Of a stretch of DNA of 28,090 bases, positions 1 to 10,127 are shown one piece after another. Below the pieces are notes generated by a model that searched no databases, was not told where the DNA came from, and worked only from the letters and a program-made list of their open reading frames with translations. Location of the stretch: IMG/VR virus record IMGVR_UViG_3300027586_000037, positions 1-28,090 of that record, one strand, 5' to 3'. A program made the position numbers and the translations under genes. The first letter of the stretch is position 1, and each line of letters begins with the position of its first letter. This DNA comes from a virus (Duplodnaviria; Caudoviricetes).

Positions 1-3000
1 AGTGTACGCATCAGTGAAGCCGGTTTCAACAAGCCAGTGTCTACCAAACAACGATTATCAAACCCAGCGTCACCATATGTCGCTTGAACGGAATTGTCAA
101 TAAAGTTGTCAACTAAAATACCATACTTGGATCTCTCCAGGCCTGTTGCATCTAATATTTTAGAATCGTTGGCAGTTCTTTCTAAGGTATTCAATGCAAC
201 ATAGTATTCCAAACCTCTAATTCTGGAATCGAAAGCACTAATGTCTTTCATCGTATAACGTTTGTTATTCTTGAAGTCGGCTCGAATTTCTTTAACACTT
301 TCGGTATATGCCGGCACAAACATTGTGTATAGGTGCAAATCGTCTGGACCAACTGGTGGCGCAATAGGCAAAACATCAGGCGTACCACTAATGATTGAAA
401 TTTCTTGTGAGGGTTTAACAACAATCTGGTCAATTCTAGGCAAGTAATATTCAAAAGACAATTCAGCCAAAGAATCAGGATCAGGATTAACTGCACCTGT
501 CAATGTTGTGCTTGCAACATCTCTTGTTGGTCTAAAGTCTAATGCTGCACGTGATGAAATGATTTTACCATCTTCACGATTGAAGAATTTTGGTAATTGA
601 TTATATGTTAGATTGGTCAAACCAGTATACGAATCAACAGTAAACAAACCATTATTTTGTGGAGATGGCGCACTGGCGTGATTAAAATATTTGTACTGAA
701 TCATCAAAGATGAACCAGTTGGTGAACTATAACCGCGTTTCAATTTAATTGTTGCGTGGTCATAATGTGTTTTTCTGTGGCCATTATCCAACTCATATCG
801 ATCAGTAACATCATGTGCTGGATCAGTCAACATCGACATTGTAATATTGCCGGTGTTTGTTTTTGAATCAGTAATCCTAACGATTTCATAAACGTCAGAT
901 ACTTGTAAACTAACCGGAACACCAGGAGTTTTTAGTTTATTGAGTGGAAAAGAACCACCAATACTCGAAGTGTCATAGTGTGTCACACCAATGTCTGGAA
1001 AAACATAACCACCGGTGACAGCGGTAACCGTGCCTGTATTACCAGCATTTAAAGCATCAACATCATCTAAAACATAAGGAACTCTTGTGTGTAAATAATC
1101 GTTGGTTGGAAATAAAGTTTTGGTTCTGATTGCACCGTTTGTGCCATCTTCAGCTTGATTAACTTTAGTTTTGACAATAAAGTCGCAACGAACAGCAGCA
1201 GTATTCAAGTCAACTTGAATTGTTGTGCTATTAACAGCAGTTACTGTAAATAAGTTATTTGCTAATGATAGAATAGTATTTGCGGCAATGCCTGATGCTG
1301 CATTTGTTGTGGATGTGTCAGATCGCACCAAACAAACAATATTTTCTAAAATAGCAGTATCACCTATAGTACCGGCTGATCCAGCAAAAGCAAAGGTATC
1401 TGTGCCGACAGTAGAGAGTGTAATTACACCACCACCATCAGACACTTTGTTTGAGTATACTTTATTTGCAAAGAAATCAAAGTTTGTAATTGTTCCTTCT
1501 TTTAAAGCTTCAAAAGGAATTGCAAACAATAAACTATCTCTATTCTTTTCTGTAATGTAAGCATCACCTGAAGAATCTCTCGATTCAGCACTAATATCAC
1601 CGCCCCAAAGCAATGCACCACCAGAACGAACCACTAGAGATTCCGCACCAGAAAAACCAGATTCAATCGTGAATGCGTTTGCTGATGGAGTAAATGTTAA
1701 AGCAGAATCTAATCTAATAAAATTTGAACCAGAAGACTCAATTCTAATTGGTGCCAGAGCAGCGCCAGCACCGTCAGTAATGTGAAAATACATTCCCTGA
1801 TATGAGTTTGCCTGTAATGTTGTACACCATGCTGCCGGCAGGATAACGTTTGCAGATGCATTACCAGAAGAAGCAAGATTACCAATGATTGGTGTGGTGT
1901 TTGCTTCAAAAACATTCAATCTATGTGTATGTGATGAACCTAATGTTGTTGTGGTTGCACCATTGTACTTCAAGTTATTAACACGAATTGTACCAATTTT
2001 TGTGGAATTGTAATATGCTGTGCCTTGTTTATCAATATATTGTTTAGGCACACAGTGAATATCTAATGTTGGGAATGTAGTGATATCCAAGTTTGTTATG
2101 CCTTGGATATTTTCAACAACAACATAACTTGAATAGTTTGTAGGAATATCATAGTCTGCAACATTGGAGGTTGCGCGCCCACGATAAACACCAATCTTAG
2201 TTGGTGCAATCGTTTGGAATTCATGGCCTGCAACATATGCTTTGCCTTGGTCTAAAATTACACTGAAGTAATTTGGATCGACATAGTTGTTGTTGGCACG
2301 ATTCGCATAATCTTCTTCTAGTGTCAATACAAATGGATCAACTGTGTAGTTTCCAGATTCATCATAAGTCCTTCTGGCCAAAGTCTTTTCGATTTCACTG
2401 TAAATTGGATATGCAACTTCTTTAGTTTTAATACCTTCAACGACACGAATAACTTCAAAGAATGCGGATTCATCAGATGAATCCAGTGTGCGTTTAGATA
2501 GTCGTGTGATAAGTTTTGATCTTGTGGCACCAGGTGCTTGATAGTTGAATGAACCTTGGGCAGGATCCAATAATGAAGAATCATCAATCTCATCATAAAT
2601 TTCTTGGTCAAATTCAATACCAATTTTATATGATGGCAACACGTTAATTGTTGATGTGTCGTAACCTAAACGATAGAATGTTTCAAGTACCAAAAATTCA
2701 GGTAATATTTTTACGAATTGACCTTTGAAATAATATACGCCTTCTTGTATGCTGGCAACATATGAACGACCAACAGCATTTGTTGCCGCGGCTTGTGCAA
2801 AAATGTTTTGGCCAGAAATTTTTATTTCGTCAGATTCAACAAATTTTTCACCACTCAGGTATTTAACAACTAAAATAGGATTTGTTGTAGTATTATCAAT
2901 CGAAATAACTTTAGCACGAACAATTTTAGTTGTGTTGTAACTAATGATTGTTTTGTTTAAAAAGTTTTCCAATACAATATCTTCACCACTGTATTGTGTG

Positions 3001-3233
3001 TTTAATTGAATATAATATGCTCGGTCATCAAGTGAGATTTTACCACCAACGATTGGACTACCACTTTTGAATATGTGATTACCAAATTTCTCAATCTGGT
3101 TTGCGAGAATGGTTTGTGCTTGAGTTAATTCTCTGGCTTGGACTGCATATCCAGGTCGAAATAAAACCCGCATGAAGTTCTTGTCTTCATCGAAGTCATC
3201 AAAATATGGGTCGTAGTTGAAAAGAGTTGTCAT
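1..3233 (-). CDS. Large virion structural protein, DUF4815 / VrlC-like (3' end runs off the window; at least 1077 aa)
   Basis: Not in the ORF track because it is truncated. ATG at 3233 with GAGGA Shine-Dalgarno. I translated the start as MTTLFNYDPYFDDFDEDKNFMRVLFRPGYAVQARELTQAQTILANQIEKFGNHIFKSGSPIVGG, the typical DUF4815 N-terminus. The same frame reads ...LERSKYGILVDNF... at the window edge. I checked both ends, not every codon between them. Follows gp8, as in cyanophage-like T4 genomes. Confidence 0.85.
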   Translation of the reverse strand, partial: MTTLFNYDPYFDDFDEDKNFMRVLFRPGYAVQARELTQAQTILANQIEKFGNHIFKSGSPIVGGKISLDDRAYYIQLNTQYSGEDIVLENFLNKTIISYNTTKIVRAKVISIDNTTTNPILVVKYLSGEKFVESDEIKISGQNIFAQAAATNAVGRSYVASIQEGVYYFKGQFVKILPEFLVLETFYRLGYDTSTINVLPSYKIGIEFDQEIYDEIDDSSLLDPAQGSFNYQAPGATRSKLITRLSKRTLDSSDESAFFEVIRVVEGIKTKEVAYPIYSEIEKTLARRTYDESGNYTVDPFVLTLEEDYANRANNNYVDPNYFSVILDQGKAYVAGHEFQTIAPTKIGVYRGRATSNVADYDIPTNYSSYVVVENIQGITNLDITTFPTLDIHCVPKQYIDKQGTAYYNSTKIGTIRVNNLKYNGATTTTLGSSHTHRLNVFEANTTPIIGNLASSGNASANVILPAAWCTTLQANSYQGMYFHITDGAGAALAPIRIESSGSNFIRLDSALTFTPSANAFTIESGFSGAESLVVRSGGALLWGGDISAESRDSSGDAYITEKNRDSLLFAIPFEALKEGTITNFDFFANKVYSNKVSDGGGVITLSTVGTDTFAFAGSAGTIGDTAILENIVCLVRSDTSTTNAASGIAANTILSLANNLFTVTAVNSTTIQVDLNTAAVRCDFIVKTKVNQAEDGTNGAIRTKTLFPTNDYLHTRVPYVLDDVDALNAGNTGTVTAVTGGYVFPDIGVTHYDTSSIGGSFPLNKLKTPGVPVSLQVSDVYEIVRITDSKTNTGNITMSMLTDPAHDVTDRYELDNGHRKTHYDHATIKLKRGYSSPTGSSLMIQYKYFNHASAPSPQNNGLFTVDSYTGLTNLTYNQLPKFFNREDGKIISSRAALDFRPTRDVASTTLTGAVNPDPDSLAELSFEYYLPRIDQIVVKPSQEISIISGTPDVLPIAPPVGPDDLHLYTMFVPAYTESVKEIRADFKNNKRYTMKDISAFDSRIRGLEYYVALNTLERTANDSKILDATGLERSKYGILVDNFIDNSVQATYGDAGFDNRCLVDTGLLKPASLMRT

Positions 3234-3243
3234 GTATTCCTCG

Positions 3244-4572
3244 TTAGAAACTCAATATAAATTTAATTCGATCCGTTTGATCTGGATCCCTAGTCAAAGG
3301 TTGCTGATTAATAATCATTAATGTTTTACCGGAATATAACTGTAATTCCGGATCTGTTTTTGAAACACCAACTCGAATCGCACCACTCAAATTACCTTTG
3401 ATGGTCACGTTTGGCTGAAATGTGCCCAATATGTTATTTAAAAATAGGTTATTCGTAAGTTCATCAAACGAAATAACTTGTGCTGAAAATGTTGCGGTCT
3501 CTATTGTATCACCTTGGTAAACATACTCATCATTGTTAAAATCACCAATACCTGGAGACACATTAATTTTCGTGTATACATTATATAGTTGACCGGAAGC
3601 CAAGGTTGATGTTCCAAAAGCATATGGATTTTTAACCAATGAAATTTGTCTAAACTCATTTTCTGCTGGAAAATCACCAGACTCGTTGCCGGCAAAATCA
3701 ACATTCAACATAATTGTATTGGCTGAAAGTTCTTCTACTGGATCATAACCATGACCATTCTGTGGTGCGAGTGAAATTGTAGCAGCTGCGTTAGACCCAT
3801 TGCCGCCTGTAATGTCTGTAAATATCACATTGGCTTTTGTATAATTTAGGCCACGACTCTGAACAATTACGTTCTGAACACGGCCATTGGATACATTGGC
3901 TCTTAATACTGCACCAGTACCATCACCGTTAATTGATATGATTGCTTGTGTTGAACCATTGACATAATTGTTACCAGTATTTGTAACTTTTACAATATCA
4001 ATGCTTCGATTCAAAGCAGCTGCCCGCACAAACTTATTGTAGGTAACTGGCATCCAATCGGAAGTTAAAAATCTTTCCTTTTGTGCCGTGTTTAAAGTGT
4101 ACATATATTTCCACTTATACCTATCGCTAGTCTGGAAATATGGTTCTTCTAGTGATGTTGAAGATAGAAATAGTTGTGGTTCATCGGTTGAGCTTGCACC
4201 ACTATTGTTATCCAAACATTTAAAAATTTGATCTCGACTATTTAAAACATAGTAGTTTGCGTTACCGGAATCATATGTGTAATAGCTAGTGTTTGAAGTC
4301 CAGTTTCTTCTAGGAACAACATAAGAAATGTCATTCAAAGACATTCTTTTCGCAACAATAGCATTATCCCAGCATTCTACAAATCCTGGAATACTTTGTG
4401 TTGGTGTAGTAGCAACTTCAACTCCTGCGTTCCATGGAGTTTGTTTGCCGAGCACTGCAAAAATATAAGACTTCTTATCTTGCGGCAAATAATCGTTCGC
4501 ACCAATATCAAACAGAGAGGTGAAATCTTGAGCTAACTCAGTCGAGAAATTTTTGGTAATTATTGAAGGCAT
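3244..4572 (-). CDS. gp8: Baseplate wedge subunit gp8-like
   Basis: Motifs VVPRRNWTS..Y..YD, YYVLNSRDQIFKCLDNN, T.DRYKWKYMYT, GHGYDPVEEL, FRQISLVKNP and C-terminal RDPDQTDRIKFILSF; downstream of gp6/gp7. Confidence 0.9.
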   Translation of the reverse strand: MPSIITKNFSTELAQDFTSLFDIGANDYLPQDKKSYIFAVLGKQTPWNAGVEVATTPTQSIPGFVECWDNAIVAKRMSLNDISYVVPRRNWTSNTSYYTYDSGNANYYVLNSRDQIFKCLDNNSGASSTDEPQLFLSSTSLEEPYFQTSDRYKWKYMYTLNTAQKERFLTSDWMPVTYNKFVRAAALNRSIDIVKVTNTGNNYVNGSTQAIISINGDGTGAVLRANVSNGRVQNVIVQSRGLNYTKANVIFTDITGGNGSNAAATISLAPQNGHGYDPVEELSANTIMLNVDFAGNESGDFPAENEFRQISLVKNPYAFGTSTLASGQLYNVYTKINVSPGIGDFNNDEYVYQGDTIETATFSAQVISFDELTNNLFLNNILGTFQPNVTIKGNLSGAIRVGVSKTDPELQLYSGKTLMIINQQPLTRDPDQTDRIKFILSF

Positions 4573-4577
4573 GTCTT

Positions 4578-4585
4578 TATTTATT
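4578..4585 (-). promoter_or_regulatory. Candidate T4-type late promoter (AATAAATA) upstream of gp8
   Basis: 7/8 match to TATAAATA, overlapping the gp7 stop, 5 nt before the gp8 ATG. Confidence 0.55.
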
Positions 4586-7500
4586 CAAGTTTTTGGTGAT
4601 ATGTTACCACAAAGGTCGAATTTGTTGTAAAATTAGTGCTAACCAAAATGGTGTTAGCATTCACAAAAGTGACCTTTTTTGTGTCATTAAACAACAAACT
4701 GATATTTGCTGTGTTGTTGGAAATCTGAAAATTTGTATATGTATAAATCGTATTTGCGTTTAAAACTTCAGTTACAGTTGATGTGTTTCCTGTTGACAAT
4801 TTAATAACATCATTAGCCTGCACATCATTAATGAAGTTTGTTGATGTGCCCACAACAAGATTAGAAGATGCACCAATATTAACCGTACCACTAATTCTGC
4901 GTTCAACAGATGTTAATGTAACGTAATCACCAACAGAAATAATAGATGACAGGTTTGGCGAGGCGCCTGTAGCAACCATATTGTTAGAACCATTCGAAAT
5001 ATTGAATGTGTTGGCTAAAGTTTTTACGGAAATTAATATTGTTGTGTTGTTTGGTCTGGCCGCAACTGCTTCATTGGCACTAACTCTATTAACAAAGGTT
5101 TTAGTTCCGACAGGATGGACAACATCATTCAAAGCTTTCTTAAACTTAATATAATCATTTTCTGTATTGATAACATATGAAAAATTATGATACTTTGTAG
5201 AATCTTGCAATTTCTTATCCGCACTTAATTGTCCGTCTTCATTTAAGTAAATACCTGGATAACGAATCAGACCATTTTCGAAAGCAGCCGTAGCCTTAGC
5301 TTTACCATCACCATAGTATGATATTGCAATAACATTTGCGGAAACTGCATTGTCGTTCGATTTAATTTGTGTGGTTTCATTTAATGTACCACTGTAATTA
5401 TAAATTCTCATGTGGTTATTTGATGAAACGTATCTATCGACATATGCTACAAATGTTGTATTTGTGTTTGATGAGCCTTGATAAATTTTAGTGTTGGCAA
5501 CAAAGATTTGACCTTCAGTAACATTTGATAAAATTAAGTCTGCATTACGCAATGAAATTTGTGGTGCGGAAACATAATCGTAACCATAACTGATAACACG
5601 CAATGAAGAAATTGATCCGATTCTAGTTGTTGACAATTCAAGGTCTTCACCATCACCGAGAATCTCTGTGGCAACTAGTGAAGCTCCTGTTCCATTAGCT
5701 GTGTTGATTGTAATTAATGGTAAGTGTGCAGCATCATAACCTTCACCACCACGAATATTTTCTGGTGCGTAACTGATTGTCAAGTTTGCTCTAAAACCTG
5801 AACCTGAACCAGTATTTGATGTGAACGGATTTAATGTTGTCGTTGGACTTGTGATGTATTTACCAGAATTCGAAACGTTAACTGAAGTGACATTGCCACT
5901 ACCATTAACAGCCAGCACGGTCAATACAGCAGAAGTTCCAGTTCCACCGGTCGCGGTAAATGTATTACCAACGCCGTATCCTGTTCCTGCGGTAGAAATT
6001 GTTACATTAGTTATTGCGCCAATTGTTTTTTCATTAAATTCTACAGTTCTAACACCATTGTTTGCAGCGTGTACTTGAGTAATTTGAGCATTAGCACCAA
6101 TGCCTCGGCCACCAGTGGATGAGAATATTAAATATTCACCTACATTATAATTTTGTCCGCCGCTGAGAACTTGAATACGTCCTAATGATCCCAAGGCATC
6201 AAGATTCTTTCTTAGTAGTTTATATACCACTAAGTTATCGATGTTATTTTCAAATGGAATATCTAAGGTGATAGTTTCACTAGTGACTGCGGTAATTGTT
6301 CTAATTTCCTCAAATCGATTCTTTACAAACAACTTGACTTTTTCACCGACTTCAAATGTGTTCGTTAAATCTTGTGACGAATCTCTGAGTATGCTACTAC
6401 CTTTAACCGCAGTACAAGATGTTATTACCAATAAATCATCAGCATCTTCCAAATACATACTGTAAATATCTACTTCAGGTTTTTGTCTATAACCACCACC
6501 TTGAGATTCCAGATCAACATATGCAATACTGTAAAGACCCAAATCTTGATATGTTGTAATTTGGCCAATCGTTTTTGTGTTCGAACTGTTGTCCAATGCA
6601 TTTATAGATTGAGAATATACAGTTTCGAGAGTAACATCCGAAACATTAACATTTCGTGTATAATTTTCGTCAAGTAGAGAGATGAAAGCTTTGGCTTCCG
6701 AACCTAAAAGTCCTCCACTAAATCCACCCCTAAAATCAATAATGGATGAGTTTGGTGCAATTGAGTTGTATCTGAAACCGAAACCACCGGATTTGGTGAT
6801 GATGTTTTTAAGAGAACCTCTTAGAACATTACCAACTGTTGCCAAGGCACCAACTGGATTGCCAGATTGTGTGTTTAAACCACCGACAATTGTAACCGGA
6901 TCACCGTCATAACCTAATTCTGTATCATATCCATTGTAATATAAACCACGATTTAATGGATCAATTTTAATTTCAGATAGTGAACCAATTAATGTTGCAG
7001 TAACTTGAATTTGTGTATTGCCAGTAACATGTGTTTTAATCGTTTCACCAGTAGTGAACAATTTTGTAATATTTGAAACATACAATTCAACATATTCAAT
7101 ACCTAACTGTCGGTCAACCGATTTAATTGCTTTTTCAACAATCGCAGTTGCTTTGGATGTTTGTCCAATGATTTTTGTCTTTTCAATTTCTAAAATATTT
7201 GCATCATCATCAGTCACACGCAGGGCCAATGGAAGAACCCACTTACCATCAGAAGTTCGTAATACCTGTTCTTTTGGAAAACTGATTGTTATTTCTTCGT
7301 TGTACAGTATGCGGAAAAGAAACTTGACCGATTCTGGTGTTCCTTTTGAACGATAAAATTCACCAATAATCTTTAAGAATTTGGCTTTATCGAGCAACAA
7401 TTCTTGCGGAAAAAATGGCGCAATCTCTTTACGAATTTGTTCGATATAAACATTGTCAGCCAAATCAACATCTTTGGCATCATCCAACTTTTTGGATTCC

Positions 7501-7631
7501 AAAACAATGTTACCATTTCTCTCCAACCACTCATAATATCGTTTGATGAATGTTGCAAAAAGCTGATGTTCTTCCCTAATAAATTCGGGAAGTTGACTTT
7601 CCACTATACTTGATAGAATTACATCTGACAT
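4581..7631 (-). CDS. gp7: Baseplate wedge initiator gp7-like, with repeated G.GY beta-modules
   Basis: N-terminus SQLPEFIREEHQLFATFIKRYYEWLE, FYRSKGTPESVKFLFRILY; later LQDSTKYHNFSYVI...VHPVGTK; located between gp6 and gp8. Confidence 0.8.
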   Translation of the reverse strand: MSDVILSSIVESQLPEFIREEHQLFATFIKRYYEWLERNGNIVLESKKLDDAKDVDLADNVYIEQIRKEIAPFFPQELLLDKAKFLKIIGEFYRSKGTPESVKFLFRILYNEEITISFPKEQVLRTSDGKWVLPLALRVTDDDANILEIEKTKIIGQTSKATAIVEKAIKSVDRQLGIEYVELYVSNITKLFTTGETIKTHVTGNTQIQVTATLIGSLSEIKIDPLNRGLYYNGYDTELGYDGDPVTIVGGLNTQSGNPVGALATVGNVLRGSLKNIITKSGGFGFRYNSIAPNSSIIDFRGGFSGGLLGSEAKAFISLLDENYTRNVNVSDVTLETVYSQSINALDNSSNTKTIGQITTYQDLGLYSIAYVDLESQGGGYRQKPEVDIYSMYLEDADDLLVITSCTAVKGSSILRDSSQDLTNTFEVGEKVKLFVKNRFEEIRTITAVTSETITLDIPFENNIDNLVVYKLLRKNLDALGSLGRIQVLSGGQNYNVGEYLIFSSTGGRGIGANAQITQVHAANNGVRTVEFNEKTIGAITNVTISTAGTGYGVGNTFTATGGTGTSAVLTVLAVNGSGNVTSVNVSNSGKYITSPTTTLNPFTSNTGSGSGFRANLTISYAPENIRGGEGYDAAHLPLITINTANGTGASLVATEILGDGEDLELSTTRIGSISSLRVISYGYDYVSAPQISLRNADLILSNVTEGQIFVANTKIYQGSSNTNTTFVAYVDRYVSSNNHMRIYNYSGTLNETTQIKSNDNAVSANVIAISYYGDGKAKATAAFENGLIRYPGIYLNEDGQLSADKKLQDSTKYHNFSYVINTENDYIKFKKALNDVVHPVGTKTFVNRVSANEAVAARPNNTTILISVKTLANTFNISNGSNNMVATGASPNLSSIISVGDYVTLTSVERRISGTVNIGASSNLVVGTSTNFINDVQANDVIKLSTGNTSTVTEVLNANTIYTYTNFQISNNTANISLLFNDTKKVTFVNANTILVSTNFTTNSTFVVTYHQKLE

Positions 7632-9706
7632 TATTTTATTGGTACTATGTTGATAACAATTGTAGTGGAATCATTAACATCAAAGGTTAACAATTTATTC
7701 TTTTCTGAATGAATCACGGATTTTGACGGACGAATGTGTATAGACAATTCATCGAAATCATTTGCTACAGAAAGTGGGTTAAAATTATTAATGTAAATTT
7801 TACCTTGTGTGTAATCAATCTGACCCATAACACCATTATTGTTTTGATAATTTAAGATTGCTTTAACACTTTGATTTGAAGTTTCTTCTGGCTTGAAATA
7901 ACTAATGCGTAATTGGCCATATCTGTTTTCCAACACAGCCGATGCCGATGCCAATGTACCACCACCACCCGTAATCACAATAGCCGCAGTGGTGTAACCA
8001 ACACCTGGATTAATCACTGTAATGTATGACAAACGACCATTGATAATTGTTGCTTCAGCCTTGGCGCCTTGGCCATCACCTAGAATGGTGATCGTTGGTG
8101 TTGATGAATAATTAATACCTGGATTGGTAACAGTAATTGATTCTACACCAGTAAATGATGATGGAACTTCTTCAATGAAAGCCGACCTAGTAATATTATT
8201 TTCATCTAATATTGTAAAATTTGGACTTGTATAGAAATTGTCATTTGTTGTACCACGCTGCAACTCAACACCAAAATCTAAAGTATAATTTGAAGATGTT
8301 AAAAGATTAGGCCTAAACTTTTTGGCAATAAAAACTTCCAATTCATTTGAAATAACAGAAATGTCACAGGAGTCAATTGCTGTTTTTAAGGCAGAAGACC
8401 TAAAATAAGCATTAAAGGTGTTTAGATTACTATCACAAAAATCTAAAATTGATGTTCTAACTTTGGTTCTTAGAGTGTTCAAATCTAATATAGTTTTTGT
8501 TGGATCATAATACACCGTGGAAATCATCTTCAAATAATTATAATCAACATCAACAATCTGTGGTGTAACAGTCAATACACTAATTGGTTTTAAAACATTT
8601 TGTAAGAAGAAATCTTTTTCGGTCTCAGTAATTTCGAAACCATCTTTAGGTTTGGCAGATATGAAAACTTTACCAAAAACTGGTGGAACATTTTCTTCTC
8701 CACCCCAAACATTTACAGCTTCAAACTGAGGATATTTTTGTTGGATCAATTTAACATAATCGTTTTTCGTGACAGCACGATTCTGAGAAATGTATTGTAG
8801 TGGTGCAGCAAATCGAATCTCATCAACAGTTTCACGTGTTCTGCCGCCAGCGGCAACAGTAACTGTGCTGATTGTAAAACCGGATAGAAAATTAATTGCT
8901 GAAGAACCAGTGAAGTTCGTAGCCTTATTTGCGTCTTCACCATTACTGATTAAGTAACTTAATGTCAAAACACCACCATCGGGAATTTTTTGGCCAATGA
9001 TGTTATCACCAAAGTATATCTGATATTTACCGTTTTGTCCTTCTTGTAAAAAATAAGTCTTTGAATCTGAAGTCAAAGAAATTGAATCATCTACAGGATT
9101 GTAAACCACAGTTTCTGTGTTCCCAGAACTTTGTTGAACAGTAACACGTAATGTTGTTGTGTCCACTTTAGCATCAGGTATTTCATAAATTTGTTTAGGG
9201 TTAGTGTTTTCGGAATGATTATATGAATATGAAAGTAACTTGCCTTCAAAAATTTCTATATCATTATAAACAAAGTTTGTTCCAGTTTTCGAAACAGTGT
9301 AATCTTGCAAGGTAATAAAGGTATAGATTTTACCTTCTAAAGCACTACTGATGAATGTGTAACCACGTGGTATGGTCAAGTAATCTTCTTGTGATGTGGC
9401 ACCATTAATTGTTACATCAATGACTGCCTTGGACGCTCTGTTAGATCGTGGTGTATAACCAAGTTTCTTAGCGTGAGACACGACCGAGTTTCTTAACAAT
9501 GCGGTATCTAAGAAGCCCTCATTTGCAACCATATTCAGGTAGTATGCATTGTAGTGTGTATTGTATGCCAAAATGTCCAAAAGAACACTTAAGCCAGCAC
9601 CCTCAAAATCATAATCGGAGAATTCCGTTTGTTGTTTGAGGAATGTTTTTAAATTGGTCTTGATTGCATCGAAATCAAGTTCGGTTACTCTTAAACGATT
9701 TGCCAT
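7631..9706 (-). CDS. gp6: Baseplate wedge subunit gp6
   Basis: LDFDAIKTNLKTFLKQQTEFSDYDFEGAGLSVLLDILAYNTHYNAYYLNM, SVVSHAKKLGYTPRS, YFGDNIIG, QNRAVTKNDY, VWGGEE. Confidence 0.95.
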   Translation of the reverse strand: MANRLRVTELDFDAIKTNLKTFLKQQTEFSDYDFEGAGLSVLLDILAYNTHYNAYYLNMVANEGFLDTALLRNSVVSHAKKLGYTPRSNRASKAVIDVTINGATSQEDYLTIPRGYTFISSALEGKIYTFITLQDYTVSKTGTNFVYNDIEIFEGKLLSYSYNHSENTNPKQIYEIPDAKVDTTTLRVTVQQSSGNTETVVYNPVDDSISLTSDSKTYFLQEGQNGKYQIYFGDNIIGQKIPDGGVLTLSYLISNGEDANKATNFTGSSAINFLSGFTISTVTVAAGGRTRETVDEIRFAAPLQYISQNRAVTKNDYVKLIQQKYPQFEAVNVWGGEENVPPVFGKVFISAKPKDGFEITETEKDFFLQNVLKPISVLTVTPQIVDVDYNYLKMISTVYYDPTKTILDLNTLRTKVRTSILDFCDSNLNTFNAYFRSSALKTAIDSCDISVISNELEVFIAKKFRPNLLTSSNYTLDFGVELQRGTTNDNFYTSPNFTILDENNITRSAFIEEVPSSFTGVESITVTNPGINYSSTPTITILGDGQGAKAEATIINGRLSYITVINPGVGYTTAAIVITGGGGTLASASAVLENRYGQLRISYFKPEETSNQSVKAILNYQNNNGVMGQIDYTQGKIYINNFNPLSVANDFDELSIHIRPSKSVIHSEKNKLLTFDVNDSTTIVINIVPIK

Positions 9707-10111
9707 TTATCGTACTCGTTCTAGGAAAAAATTAATTGTTACGGGGTCTGACATATTCATAATGTAAAATTCCATTCGGACACTGAAACCATTATTGTCT
9801 AAATCAGGTAAAATATCTAAATTTTTAATCTGAGCTCTTGGTTCGTAGTTCTCAACAACCTGTCTAATCTCTCTTTCCATCGATATTGCAGTAATTTTAT
9901 CGAGGTTTTCAAAAAGCAAACGTCTTACGTTAGAACCTAAATCAGGTTGAAACGGTCTTTCATAATGGTTGGTCATCATCAAATTCTTAATTGAATTGAT
10001 TACTGCCATTTCGTCTTTATGTTTATTAATATCTTTCCGTACTGGATGTATCAAAAAGTTAAGGTCCAAATCTGTATATTGTCTGGATGAAGATGAAATT
10101 GTTGTGGCCAT
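9707..10111 (-). CDS. gp25: Baseplate wedge protein gp25
   Basis: YTDLDLNF..HP, SIKNLMMT...ERPFQPDLGS, NYEPR; abuts gp6 (TAA ATG). Confidence 0.95.
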   Translation of the reverse strand: MATTISSSSRQYTDLDLNFLIHPVRKDINKHKDEMAVINSIKNLMMTNHYERPFQPDLGSNVRRLLFENLDKITAISMEREIRQVVENYEPRAQIKNLDILPDLDNNGFSVRMEFYIMNMSDPVTINFFLERVR

Positions 10112-10115
10112 ATCT

Positions 10116-10123
10116 TATTTATC
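10116..10123 (-). promoter_or_regulatory. Candidate late promoter (GATAAATA) upstream of gp25
   Basis: 7/8 match to TATAAATA in a 16-nt intergenic gap, 4 nt before the ATG. Confidence 0.6.
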
Positions 10124-10127
10124 TACA

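Noticed and set aside
248-2940. Short ORF-track entries in 248-2940
   Set aside because: Antisense or off-frame shadows of the large DUF4815-like gene on the minus strand.
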